A DNA stretch of 64,000 bases from an uncultured Elusimicrobia bacterium (GTDB lineage Bacteria > Elusimicrobiota > Elusimicrobia > Elusimicrobiales > Elusimicrobiaceae): contig CAMZGO010000008.1 of the NCBI GenBank assembly GCA_947306425.1, positions 105-64,104 on the forward strand. The letters run 5' to 3'. A program made the translations under genes and the position numbers. Positions 7,994 to 16,644 of this stretch are shown piece after piece. Each line of letters starts with the position of its first letter. The first letter of the stretch is position 1. Below the pieces are notes generated by a model that had not been told where the DNA came from, searched no databases, and saw only the letters and a list, made by a program, of their open reading frames with translations.

Positions 7994-10900
7994 ATGAAAA
8001 GACTTTTTAATTTGCTTACACGCAAAGATTTTTCCGCTTTATTTTGGGCACAAATATCAGGTGTAATGAATGATAATATAACAAGAACCGCCCTTGCAAC
8101 TTTAATAGCAGGTAAAATACTGACTGTTTATAAGCCACAAACCTCTAATATGGTATTCCTCATACTCGCCGTTTATATGCTGCCGTTTTTTATTTTTTCA
8201 ATTTCTGCCGGACAAATCGGTGATAAATATGATAAAACAAAGGTTACGCGTATAATAAAATTGACAGAAATTTTTACCGTACTAATTACTATACTCGGTT
8301 TTTACTTAAACTCAATAGTAATTTTATTTATATCTTTGTTCATTATGGGTTCACAATCCGCATTTTTTGGCCCCCTCAAATATGCTTTGATGACACAAAT
8401 TTTGCATAAAACCGAATTGATTGACGGAAATGCCTTACTTGAATCAAGCCGATATCTTGCAATTTTATTTGGAACTATACTAGGTACTATGTTTATTACC
8501 CCGAAAATCGGGCTTGGAACAATGTTCATAATTATGTTGCTTTTGGCTTTAGCCGGATACTTCGTAACCGGTTTATTTAGCCCTTTAAAACCGCTTGCTA
8601 AGGATTTAAAAATTAACCCAAATATTTTTAAAAGTACCTGGCGTAATTTATCAAGGGCGCAAAAATCAAAAAAATTATTTTTGGCAATTTTGGCTATTAA
8701 CTGGTTTTGGGTTGTAGCTGCTATTTTGCTATCCCAATTAAATACGGTTACGACATCCATTTTGAACCTCACGCCCTCAGTATACATTTTTTTAATGACA
8801 GTATTTTGTGTTTCCGTAGGAATAGGTTGTTTAGCCTGTTATCGTTTGGTTAAAACAGAAATCAGTATTAAATATGTACCGTTAAGTACGGTGGGAATGT
8901 CCCTTTCACTACTATTTATCGCATTTATTTTGGCAATTATGCCGGATTTCGCCGCACCTGTAAATCTGACCTACTTTTTAAGTTCACTTTTCGGGTTAGG
9001 TTTAACTATAGGAATAATCGTACTTTCAATTTGTGCAGGCTTATATATAGTACCGCTTAATGCCCACTTGCAAGCAATGTTAGCTGAAAAATTTAAAACA
9101 CGTATGCTTGCAACTTGTAACTTTTTAAATGCTTTCTTTATGGTAATTGCCGGGGCTATAACCTATGCCTTACTCTGCGTCGGGTTCGGAACCCCTGTAA
9201 TTATTGCCGTTTTGGCCCTGGCGAATTTTATAATTGCTATTTATACCTGTACATTACTACCCGATTATGTTTTAAGATCCGCAGTATACTTCTTACTTAA
9301 CAGTATTTACAAAATTAAATTGCGCGGTATGGAAAATTATTCCCAAGCCGAAGGGCCGACAGTAATAGTCGCAAACAACAATTCTTTCTTAGATCCTCTT
9401 TTGCTGGCTGCTTTTTTACCGGAAGATATTGTATTTATGGTTGACAGCAATATTGCCAAACGTTTTTGGGTTCGTATCTTTTTAAGATATGTGCGCCATA
9501 TTCCCGTAGACCCTACGAATGCAATAGCCGTAAAAACAATTATTGATAAAGTTAAAAAAGGCACAAAAGTTGTAATTTTCCCTGAAGGACGCATGAGCAC
9601 CACAAGCGGTATCATGAAAGTTTACCCCGGGCCTGCCATGGTTATTGAACGTTCCGGCGCACAAGTTTTACCTATTTTTATTCAAAATACACAATATACA
9701 AGGTGGTCTTACTACGGACGCAAACTCAGGCACCTGCCCAGCAATCTGGAATATGTAATAAACATTTTACCACCCAGAAAACTAAATATATCAAGCACTT
9801 TAAAAGGCCGTAACCGCCGTTATAAAGCTGAAGATGCCGTCTATGATTTAATGCTTGAAATGAAAGTAAAAAGTTTTAATTTACAACATACAATTTTCCG
9901 TTGCTTAATTGAGGCCGTTGATTTGGCACGCCGTTCTACCCGCGCTTTGGAAGATATGACGCGCAAAACTGTATCTTTCGGAACTTTGCTTACAGGCTCC
10001 TTTTTACTCGGTCGCAAGTTTACACAATTTTCAAAAGAGGGTGAATTTGTCGGTTTAATGCTGCCAAACGTTAATGCATGTGCGCTTAGCATTTTCGGCT
10101 TAATGGCTTATGGGCGTGTTCCTGCAATGATTAACTTTTCCGCCGGCATAAAAAATATTTTACTTGCTCTAAAAGTAGCACAGATTAAAGTGATAATAAC
10201 CTCCCGTGCTTTTGTAGAAAAAGCAGAACTTGGAAATATAATTGAATCAATAAATCAAACAGATACAAAAATTATATATCTTGAAGATATTCAAAAAACC
10301 ATCACTTTAGGAGATAAACTGCTTGCCTTGACACAAAGTTTCTTCCCACATCAAAGTTATAAAATAATTTGTAAGGACAGAAACCCGGATAAACCTGCAG
10401 TTGTCTTGTTTACCAGCGGTTCCGAAGGCGCACCAAAAGGTGTAGTATTAAGCCATAAAAATTTAAATATGAACAGATACCAAATGTCCAGTTTAATTCA
10501 AATGGGTTTACAAGATAAATTTTTCAATGCCTTACCTATGTTCCATAGTTTCGGCCTTGCGTGCGGTTTATTTATACCTATTTTAAACGGTGCCTCTGTG
10601 TTTTTATATCCCTCACCTTTGCACTATAAAGCCATACCTGAACTTGTTTATGACAGAAATGCAAATGTATTCTTTGGTACGGATACATTCTTAAATGCTT
10701 ATGGAAAACAAGCACATCCCTATGATTTTTACAATATTAAATATATCGGTATCGGCGGAGAAAAACTAAAAGATGAAACATTTTCTTTGTGGACGGAAAA
10801 ATTCGGCATACGCATTTTAGAAGCGTACGGGACCACAGAGGCAAGCCCTGTTGTATCTTTCAATACTCCCATGTATTACAGGCGCGGAACAGTGGGCAAA

Positions 10901-11425
10901 TTACTGCCTTGCATGGAAGCAAGAATTGAAAAAATTGAAGGTATACAAGAAGGCGGCCGCTTATTTATTAAAGGCGACAATGTTATGCTTGGTTATTTAA
11001 AGGAAAATAAACCGGGTGTTATTCAACCGCTTAAGGACGGTTGGTATGATACCGGCGATATTGTTGACTTTGATAAAGACGGTTTTGTTGTAATGAAAGG
11101 CCGAGCAAAACGCTTTGCTAAAATTGCCGGGGAAATGGTTTCCTTAACGGCAGTTGAATTTGCTATGACGGAAACTTGGCCGGATATCAAGCACGCTGTT
11201 ATCTCAAAATCCGACGCAAAACGCGGCGAGCAACTTATTGCCTATACTCAAAAACAAGATGCAGACTTAAAGGTTCTACAACAAGCATTAAAAGACAAAG
11301 GTTTTAGCGAACTTTGGATACCTAAAGTCCTGCGCGTTGTAGAAGAAATACCGCTAGGCGGTACAGGCAAAACCGATTATATAAAATTGAAAACCAACGA
11401 AATAAAAAATTTCGGGGAAAATTAA
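7994..11425 (+). CDS. aas: LplT-like MFS transporter / PlsC-type acyltransferase / acyl-ACP synthetase (Aas-like) triple fusion
   Basis: 1143 aa. About 430 aa of 12-TM MFS at the N terminus. A central acyltransferase block (FPEGRMS). A C-terminal AMP-binding domain (LFTSGSEGAPKGV, EAYGTTEASP, GDIVDFDKDGF). Confidence 0.88.
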   Translation: MKRLFNLLTRKDFSALFWAQISGVMNDNITRTALATLIAGKILTVYKPQTSNMVFLILAVYMLPFFIFSISAGQIGDKYDKTKVTRIIKLTEIFTVLITILGFYLNSIVILFISLFIMGSQSAFFGPLKYALMTQILHKTELIDGNALLESSRYLAILFGTILGTMFITPKIGLGTMFIIMLLLALAGYFVTGLFSPLKPLAKDLKINPNIFKSTWRNLSRAQKSKKLFLAILAINWFWVVAAILLSQLNTVTTSILNLTPSVYIFLMTVFCVSVGIGCLACYRLVKTEISIKYVPLSTVGMSLSLLFIAFILAIMPDFAAPVNLTYFLSSLFGLGLTIGIIVLSICAGLYIVPLNAHLQAMLAEKFKTRMLATCNFLNAFFMVIAGAITYALLCVGFGTPVIIAVLALANFIIAIYTCTLLPDYVLRSAVYFLLNSIYKIKLRGMENYSQAEGPTVIVANNNSFLDPLLLAAFLPEDIVFMVDSNIAKRFWVRIFLRYVRHIPVDPTNAIAVKTIIDKVKKGTKVVIFPEGRMSTTSGIMKVYPGPAMVIERSGAQVLPIFIQNTQYTRWSYYGRKLRHLPSNLEYVINILPPRKLNISSTLKGRNRRYKAEDAVYDLMLEMKVKSFNLQHTIFRCLIEAVDLARRSTRALEDMTRKTVSFGTLLTGSFLLGRKFTQFSKEGEFVGLMLPNVNACALSIFGLMAYGRVPAMINFSAGIKNILLALKVAQIKVIITSRAFVEKAELGNIIESINQTDTKIIYLEDIQKTITLGDKLLALTQSFFPHQSYKIICKDRNPDKPAVVLFTSGSEGAPKGVVLSHKNLNMNRYQMSSLIQMGLQDKFFNALPMFHSFGLACGLFIPILNGASVFLYPSPLHYKAIPELVYDRNANVFFGTDTFLNAYGKQAHPYDFYNIKYIGIGGEKLKDETFSLWTEKFGIRILEAYGTTEASPVVSFNTPMYYRRGTVGKLLPCMEARIEKIEGIQEGGRLFIKGDNVMLGYLKENKPGVIQPLKDGWYDTGDIVDFDKDGFVVMKGRAKRFAKIAGEMVSLTAVEFAMTETWPDIKHAVISKSDAKRGEQLIAYTQKQDADLKVLQQALKDKGFSELWIPKVLRVVEEIPLGGTGKTDYIKLKTNEIKNFGEN

Positions 11426-11451
11426 AATAAATCAAATTAACTCGCAAAATT

Positions 11452-11486
11452 TCCCCCTATGAGTAAAATTGTAGGGGGATTTTTTA
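11452..11486. terminator. bidirectional rho-independent terminator
   Basis: TCCCCCTA ... TAGGGGGA hairpin followed by TTTTTTA, between the convergent aas-like and pilin-like genes. Confidence 0.7.
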
Positions 11487-11999
11487 TTCCACTATACAAC
11501 CTTTATGTGTAGCACCGGGAAGGTTGCTTGTAATTTCACTTACATTACACACTTTTTTACAGATTTTTTCTTTAACATTTATAGGTAAACCTTGTACTTC
11601 ATTTTGATAATAACAAAAGAATTTTTTAGCAGGTATTTTATTATTTACCGCTTGAAGAGCATACCCAAGACGAATATCGGTATTTAAATTCCATATTACT
11701 ATTTGTCTTTGTGAACCTATACAATTAAATTTTCCTTGAGAATAACCTGAAACATTAATATCCAAAAAATTATTTAGATTTGAACACGAAAATGATGCGC
11801 TTGGATAAATAGGATATTCCCCGTTAACCAAAGCATAACGCTCCAAAGCATCGGCAATACTTCTTAAATTACTCATATTTGCTTTTACTTTGGTGACATT
11901 TGTTAAATAATAATATTGAGGTAAGGCAATTGCGGCAAGCACACCTATAATCAAGACTACAACTAATAATTCTATTAAGGTAAAACCTTTATTTTTCAT
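11484..11999 (-). CDS. prepilin-type N-terminal cleavage/methylation domain protein (type IV pilin-like)
   Basis: N terminus MKNKGFTLIELLVVVLIIGVLAAIALPQY, followed by a Cys-containing C-terminal domain. Confidence 0.85.
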   Translation of the reverse strand: MKNKGFTLIELLVVVLIIGVLAAIALPQYYYLTNVTKVKANMSNLRSIADALERYALVNGEYPIYPSASFSCSNLNNFLDINVSGYSQGKFNCIGSQRQIVIWNLNTDIRLGYALQAVNNKIPAKKFFCYYQNEVQGLPINVKEKICKKVCNVSEITSNLPGATHKGCIVE

Positions 12000-12048
12000 A
12001 AAAACTCCGTTTATTACTTGGTAAGGCTCAAAAAATTTATATAGAAAA

Positions 12049-12224
12049 ACGGCTGCTATATTAGAGCCCCAACCAAGAAACCCAAATATAACAGCCGTAA
12101 TTTCCCGCTTTAATAAACGGGAAATATTCGGCAGAACAAGATATACGGTCTTGCTCCGCCTAAACGGCTATTTTTTGGATTGGTCGGGTCTTTGGTTGCC
12201 CAAAGATTCTCCGTCTAAATACGG
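12049..12224 (-). ncRNA. candidate structured RNA (sRNA, 3' UTR or pilin leader), minus strand
   Basis: Five hairpins: 12049-12061/12086-12098, 12101-12107/12118-12124, 12130-12140/12150-12160, 12189-12195/12200-12206, 12211-12214/12221-12224. Mismatches in the first and third become G-U pairs only on the minus strand. The first helix is followed by T5 on the minus strand. Confidence 0.3.
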
Positions 12225-12299
12225 TTCCAAAAAATCTACAAATTATCTAAAACTACTTGTAAACCCCTCCTGACAATCAATATAAAAATTATACAAAAT

Positions 12300-12968
12300 T
12301 TAACATGGGCGGCGGTAAAATGCCATAAGCTTTGCTGCTACTAGAATTTCATCTTGGGAAACTTTTATTTGTTTCGTCGGTGTTGATAATAAAATTTCCC
12401 CCCCGCTTAATAAATTTAGCTTTTTTATACAATATTTATTTTTGTATCTAATTAAAGCAATTTTGCCGCTTTGCACTGCTTCCGCACGGACAAAAATAGC
12501 AAATTCCCCCTTCTCTGCCCAAGGGCAAGCGCTTTTGGAATCTATCTTTAAGGCAAATGTTTCTTTTTGTCTTGCATCAAACATAACGGGCAAAAATTCT
12601 TCCGGCTCAAAAGTATAAGGCAAGTCAAAATACTCACTTTGGATTTCAAGCGCTACGCCGATATGTTTTGACGACGGCAAAGAAGATATTATTTCATATA
12701 AACTTTTTGCTGTGGTAGTGCCTTCCCTTATTGTAAAATTCGGCGCTTCATAAAAAGACGAGGGCTGAGATATATCTTCTTCAAAGTAGGAAAGGGGTTT
12801 ATCAAAGGCAGCTGCAAGTTTTTGTAAATTTTTTTTATCGGGTTTAAAGCGGTTTTTCACCCAATGAGAAATTACGCTTGAGTCTTTTAACCCAAGTTTT
12901 CTTGCTAGTTCTACTTTTGTCATGGATGTTAATTTGAGCAATTTTTCTATTTTTTGGCCTAGATCCAT
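12300..12968 (-). CDS. XRE-family HTH repressor with LexA/CI-type (S24-like) C-terminal domain
   Basis: N-terminal HTH (TKVELARKLGLKDSSVISHWVKNRFKP). The C-terminal beta domain has Ser (IDSKSA) and Lys (CIKKLN) at positions expected for the S24 dyad. Confidence 0.78.
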   Translation of the reverse strand: MDLGQKIEKLLKLTSMTKVELARKLGLKDSSVISHWVKNRFKPDKKNLQKLAAAFDKPLSYFEEDISQPSSFYEAPNFTIREGTTTAKSLYEIISSLPSSKHIGVALEIQSEYFDLPYTFEPEEFLPVMFDARQKETFALKIDSKSACPWAEKGEFAIFVRAEAVQSGKIALIRYKNKYCIKKLNLLSGGEILLSTPTKQIKVSQDEILVAAKLMAFYRRPC

Positions 12969-12989
12969 AATTTACACCCCTATATTAAA

Positions 12990-13018
12990 TTTATAGCAAA
13001 AAAGAGGGCTGATGTCAA
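12990..13018 (-). promoter_or_regulatory. putative sigma70 promoter of the XRE/S24 repressor gene
   Basis: On the minus strand: TTGACA (13018-13013), exact 17-nt spacer, TATAAA (12995-12990), then an AGGGGTG RBS and ATG 12968. Confidence 0.5.
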
Positions 13019-13039
13019 ACTAAAAACTTCGTCTTAAAT

Positions 13040-13068
13040 TTGACAAGTTGAAAAATATTTGATACAGT
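13040..13068 (+). promoter_or_regulatory. putative divergent sigma70 promoter for the 13273-13967 transcript
   Basis: TTGACA (13040-13045), 17-nt spacer, TACAGT (13063-13068). Back-to-back with the repressor promoter. Confidence 0.45.
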
Positions 13069-13086
13069 TGTATCAGATTTGATACG
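13060..13086. promoter_or_regulatory. candidate operator: palindrome TGATACA-gt-TGTATCA plus a third TGATAC half-site 20 bp away
   Basis: Perfect 7-bp arms at 13060-13075 overlap the -10 of the rightward promoter. ATTTGATAC is repeated at 13056 and 13076, two helical turns apart. Confidence 0.45.
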
Positions 13087-13121
13087 ATTAAAACAGATCG
13101 CCAAATCTAAAAACAAACTTA

Positions 13122-13221
13122 GCGCCTATGCTAAAAGCAATTAAAACTTGTTTTTAATTGTGAGACGGCTCTCCCACCCCTCCTTTCCAGGAGTGCTGCG
13201 TAAGCAGCAAAGCGTAGGCGC
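13122..13221 (+). ncRNA. structured leader / candidate cis-regulatory RNA
   Basis: Closing helix GCGCCTATGC (13122-13131) / GCGTAGGCGC (13212-13221), with a G-U pair only on the plus strand. It encloses three hairpins: AATTAAAA/TTTTAATT, CTCC-tttcca-GGAG and GCTGC-GTAA-GCAGC (GNRA loop). Confidence 0.3.
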
Positions 13222-13272
13222 AAGTTAAAAGCAGATGTTTAGAGATGTTAACTAGATAGTGTAGGAGTTTTT

Positions 13273-13602
13273 ATGAAGGAAACAAAGCAACAAGAAAATA
13301 CTTTTATTAAAGATAAAATGCAAAACATGACTTCTCAAAATACCACAACTTGGGCCGAACTTTATCAAACATTGCAAGAACTTTTAGACAGGCGTCAAGA
13401 GTTGTTAAAACAAGTTCAAGAATTTAGGAAACTTGATGATGCTCTAAAAAGTTATTTTTCAGGTGTAAAAATCTGCCATATAGGCCCTTACAAAGTACTT
13501 GGGCATGAGGTGGAAGAGGAAAGATTTAACCTCCCGCACCATATAAAAAGTAAATATTCCCATCGTGATAAAAAATGGGAAGTGGAAATATCAAAACTAT
13601 AA
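13273..13602 (+). CDS. hypothetical protein (109 aa)
   Basis: ORF with a GTAGGAG RBS. No recognisable motif. Confidence 0.5.
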   Translation: MKETKQQENTFIKDKMQNMTSQNTTTWAELYQTLQELLDRRQELLKQVQEFRKLDDALKSYFSGVKICHIGPYKVLGHEVEEERFNLPHHIKSKYSHRDKKWEVEISKL

Positions 13603-13604
13603 TT

Positions 13605-13967
13605 ATGCAATATTTGGCTTTACGATGGTTTACTTTGAGTTGTTTTGATAAAGAAAAATTAAAAATATTTCATTCTTTAGAACGTTCAATAAAATCAGCC
13701 GGTAAAAAAGAAAAATATTTATGCTGGCACAAACAAACGGAGAATTATTTAAAACGAGAATTACAAAATCTCTTATCTATGAATACCATGACAAAAAATA
13801 AATTACAAATATTTGAAACTAATTTACAAAAATTTTTGGAACAAAACAAATTGAATAAAAATTTGTTTTTAGAAAACATGAATTTTTTACAACAGTGTGA
13901 CAAAATCATCTGCCATAAAAATCATACCATTAAAAAAGCTTCCGACACAATTACTTCCTTACCCTAA
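13605..13967 (+). CDS. hypothetical protein (120 aa)
   Basis: ATG 13605 lies 2 nt after the upstream stop. The listed start at 13575 would overlap. No recognisable motif. Confidence 0.4.
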   Translation: MQYLALRWFTLSCFDKEKLKIFHSLERSIKSAGKKEKYLCWHKQTENYLKRELQNLLSMNTMTKNKLQIFETNLQKFLEQNKLNKNLFLENMNFLQQCDKIICHKNHTIKKASDTITSLP

Positions 13968-14016
13968 ACACCCACAAGGCAGTCCTCCTTAACTGCCTAA
14001 CCCCAAAGCCACACAA

Positions 14017-14048
14017 GCGCCAAGTAACTTTTCCTACTTGGCGCTTTT
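14017..14048 (+). terminator. rho-independent terminator
   Basis: 10-bp stem GCGCCAAGTA / TACTTGGCGC, 8-nt loop, then TTTT. Confidence 0.7.
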
Positions 14049-14073
14049 ACATCTAAATGCTATAATTTAATGT

Positions 14074-15843
14074 ATGGAGAAATGGATTGCCTTTACCATC
14101 ATTTTTTTAAGTTTTACTACGCAAATTATAGCGGCTTTACCGCAGTTTTTGGGTGGTTCAGGTTTCGGCATTAACAGCGATCATGCCAATTTTGAAGGTA
14201 CTTACCCAACATATTGGGATTCTTTAATGAAGGAACAGAGTAAAGAAAATCTTCGGCAGGGGCTTGGGGATTTATCTGCCGCCCATTATAAAGAAGCGGA
14301 ACAAATTTTTGCCAAAGCAGTAGTAAAAAATCCGGATGAACCGTATACCCATATTTTTTTGGGAATTTCGCTTTATTGGCAGGGGCGTGTCCAACCGGCG
14401 ATTGCAGAATACCTAAGCGCATTGAAACTTGACCCCAAAAACCCGGAAGCCCACCAACTGCTGGGTATTGCTTATGCTTGGCAAGGAAAAATTAATGATG
14501 CTCTAACCTCATTCCAAAATGCTTTACAATATGCGCCAAACAGGCCCGATACTCACATGAATTTGGGTTCTACTTATGCTGCTTTGAATAAATATGAGGA
14601 GGCCCTTTTCCATTTCCGAACAGCAACCGAATTAGATAAACGAAACCCGTTATATCAATATCAATTAGGATCTTTACTTGAACTTTTGGGGCGTGATGCC
14701 AATGCAAAAAGTGCTTTTAAACAAGCAATTACACTTTATCCAAATTATGAAGAAGCCATTTTGTCTTTGGCTGTATTAGAAGAGAAACTCGGAAACAAAA
14801 ATAAATCCGAAATAAATTACAAAAAAGCACTTCGTTTAAAAGCCGGTGACAGCATAGCCCGCACACGCTTAATAAACTTGCTTTTGGAAACTAAACAAAC
14901 GAAAGAAGCACTTACCTTATTTGCACAGGGTTTCTTAATTTCTCCATTAGAAGACGGAGGCCTTGCACTTTCATTAACCTACACCGGTTCAGATGCGGAA
15001 AATCAAATTCAGGAAAACCAAGGTAAGGATAAAAAAACATTACCGCAAGAATTTAAAAGGCCACAACTTGAAAATTTTAAAAATCGTCTTAAAAAAGTAC
15101 CTTCAAGCAAGCAACTTAATATTGATATGGAAATTTCTATTGAACCCAAACAAAAACCAAATAGTTTAAAAACAAATACGAACAAAGAAAATGTACAAAG
15201 TGCTTTTGTAAACGCCGTACTTGAACAAGAAAAACTCTTAAATACTACCACTTTTGAAAGAAGTTTTATTTTAGCGTCTTCGGATGAAAATACACGCAAA
15301 CAACAACTTGAAAATATTTTCCGCGGTCTAAATAATTTATTGCAAAACACGGGGCCGGATTATCAGGTAAAAATGGCCTTAAAAGCAGCTACTCCCGTAC
15401 AAGATACCTCAACGTTAAAACAGCCCAAAACAGGCCCTTCAAATATATCTACGATGCGGAACTCAAAAGCAGGTTATAATCCTTACATGGTCGGCAATGA
15501 CATGGGCCTTTGGGTAGCCGGCAGGGGCTGGCTTAGATTTATGCAAGACATTTTACCAACGGTAAATGCCCGTTTTGAAAATGCACAAACATTTGAAAAT
15601 GCTCTTTTGCTCTGTTTATTAAATTTAACCTTAGGGGAAGGAAGCGAAGCAATTAAGGCGGCTGAATATGCGATAAATTCGGCAAAAACGCAACAGGAAA
15701 AAGCACTCGCTTATTTAGCACAAGGTACGGCTTTAGTAGTATTAGGGGATGAAACGCACGCCCAAGAATTATATAACTTGGCACTTAAAGAAGACCCGGA
15801 AAATAAAATTATAAAAAGTAATATTGAAATTTTTAAGGATTAA
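14074..15843 (+). CDS. secreted tetratricopeptide-repeat protein
   Basis: N-terminal signal-like segment. Multiple TPR units (AIAEYLSALKLDPKNPEAHQLLGIAY...). Confidence 0.8.
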   Translation: MEKWIAFTIIFLSFTTQIIAALPQFLGGSGFGINSDHANFEGTYPTYWDSLMKEQSKENLRQGLGDLSAAHYKEAEQIFAKAVVKNPDEPYTHIFLGISLYWQGRVQPAIAEYLSALKLDPKNPEAHQLLGIAYAWQGKINDALTSFQNALQYAPNRPDTHMNLGSTYAALNKYEEALFHFRTATELDKRNPLYQYQLGSLLELLGRDANAKSAFKQAITLYPNYEEAILSLAVLEEKLGNKNKSEINYKKALRLKAGDSIARTRLINLLLETKQTKEALTLFAQGFLISPLEDGGLALSLTYTGSDAENQIQENQGKDKKTLPQEFKRPQLENFKNRLKKVPSSKQLNIDMEISIEPKQKPNSLKTNTNKENVQSAFVNAVLEQEKLLNTTTFERSFILASSDENTRKQQLENIFRGLNNLLQNTGPDYQVKMALKAATPVQDTSTLKQPKTGPSNISTMRNSKAGYNPYMVGNDMGLWVAGRGWLRFMQDILPTVNARFENAQTFENALLLCLLNLTLGEGSEAIKAAEYAINSAKTQQEKALAYLAQGTALVVLGDETHAQELYNLALKEDPENKIIKSNIEIFKD

Positions 15844-15845
15844 AT

Positions 15846-16637
15846 ATGCAAAAATACGGCCAGCATTTTTTGGTTAATAAAGGAATAATAAATAAAATTA
15901 TTGATACTGCAGTTGATAATTTAAACGGCACTTTAGTGGAAATAGGGCCCGGTGAAGGTGCTTTAACTTTACCGCTGATTGAACGCGGCGTCCAAAATTT
16001 TACAGTCGTAGAAATTGACCCTGTAATGACCGCTAAATTAAAACAAACTTTGCCCGATTGGGCCGGCGTAAATATAATTGAGGGCAATTTTCTTAATCTT
16101 GATTTACAGTTTTTGGCTAAAGAGGAAAAACTAAATTTCATCAGCAATTTACCTTATATTGATGCGGCACAAATTTTATTAAAAGTGCTTGAACTTAATA
16201 ATTTTGCGTCGGCAGTTTTTATGTTCCAGCGTGAACAGGCACAAAAACTTTATGCTTTACCGGAAAGCAAACATTACGGGGCCTTGAGCGTTTTATTTCA
16301 GGCCCTTGCACAAAGCAGGCCTGTTTGCCGTGTAAGCCCCGGCAGTTTTAATCCGCCGCCTAAAGTGGAAAGCGAAGTTTTATTTATTACCCCGCGTCCG
16401 CAAAGATTATTTACAAATAAAATACATTATAAAAATTTTAGAGAAACGGTTAAAACAGCTTTTTCTTTCCGCCGTAAAACTGTATTAAATGCCTTGGTAG
16501 AAAAATATAAAAAAGATAAAATAAGCCTAGCGAAAATTTTGGTAAGTTCCGGTTTAAAAGTATCTTCAAGGGCAGAAGAAGTACCGGCAAAAAATTATGC
16601 TTTGCTTGCAAAAAATTTGGAAGGGTTTATTTTTTAG
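15846..16637 (+). CDS. rsmA: 16S rRNA (adenine1518/1519-N6)-dimethyltransferase
   Basis: MQKYGQHFLVNKGIINKII, EIGPGEGALT and NLPY motifs. Confidence 0.92.
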   Translation: MQKYGQHFLVNKGIINKIIDTAVDNLNGTLVEIGPGEGALTLPLIERGVQNFTVVEIDPVMTAKLKQTLPDWAGVNIIEGNFLNLDLQFLAKEEKLNFISNLPYIDAAQILLKVLELNNFASAVFMFQREQAQKLYALPESKHYGALSVLFQALAQSRPVCRVSPGSFNPPPKVESEVLFITPRPQRLFTNKIHYKNFRETVKTAFSFRRKTVLNALVEKYKKDKISLAKILVSSGLKVSSRAEEVPAKNYALLAKNLEGFIF

Positions 16638-16644
16638 GAGAATT

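Noticed and set aside
8302-8787. 161-aa minus-strand ORF inside the aas-like gene
   Set aside because: It is antisense within a confidently coding MFS domain, with no RBS and an implausible composition.
12398-12404. C7/G7 tracts inside coding regions (12398-12404 in the XRE repressor, 39129-39135 in a hypothetical membrane protein, a C7 near 34593 in batA, a C8 near 20537 in polA) as phase-variation sites
   Set aside because: - They are short, encode ordinary Gly-Gly or Pro-Pro, and one sits in the essential polA gene.
- There is no evidence of a frameshift.
- Only the T14 promoter tract is long enough to be persuasive.
13013-13045. Inverted repeat TGTCAAA-N19-TTTGACA as a repressor operator
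   Set aside because: It is more simply explained as the two -35 hexamers of back-to-back divergent promoters. The TGATACA palindrome at 13060-13075 is the better operator candidate.
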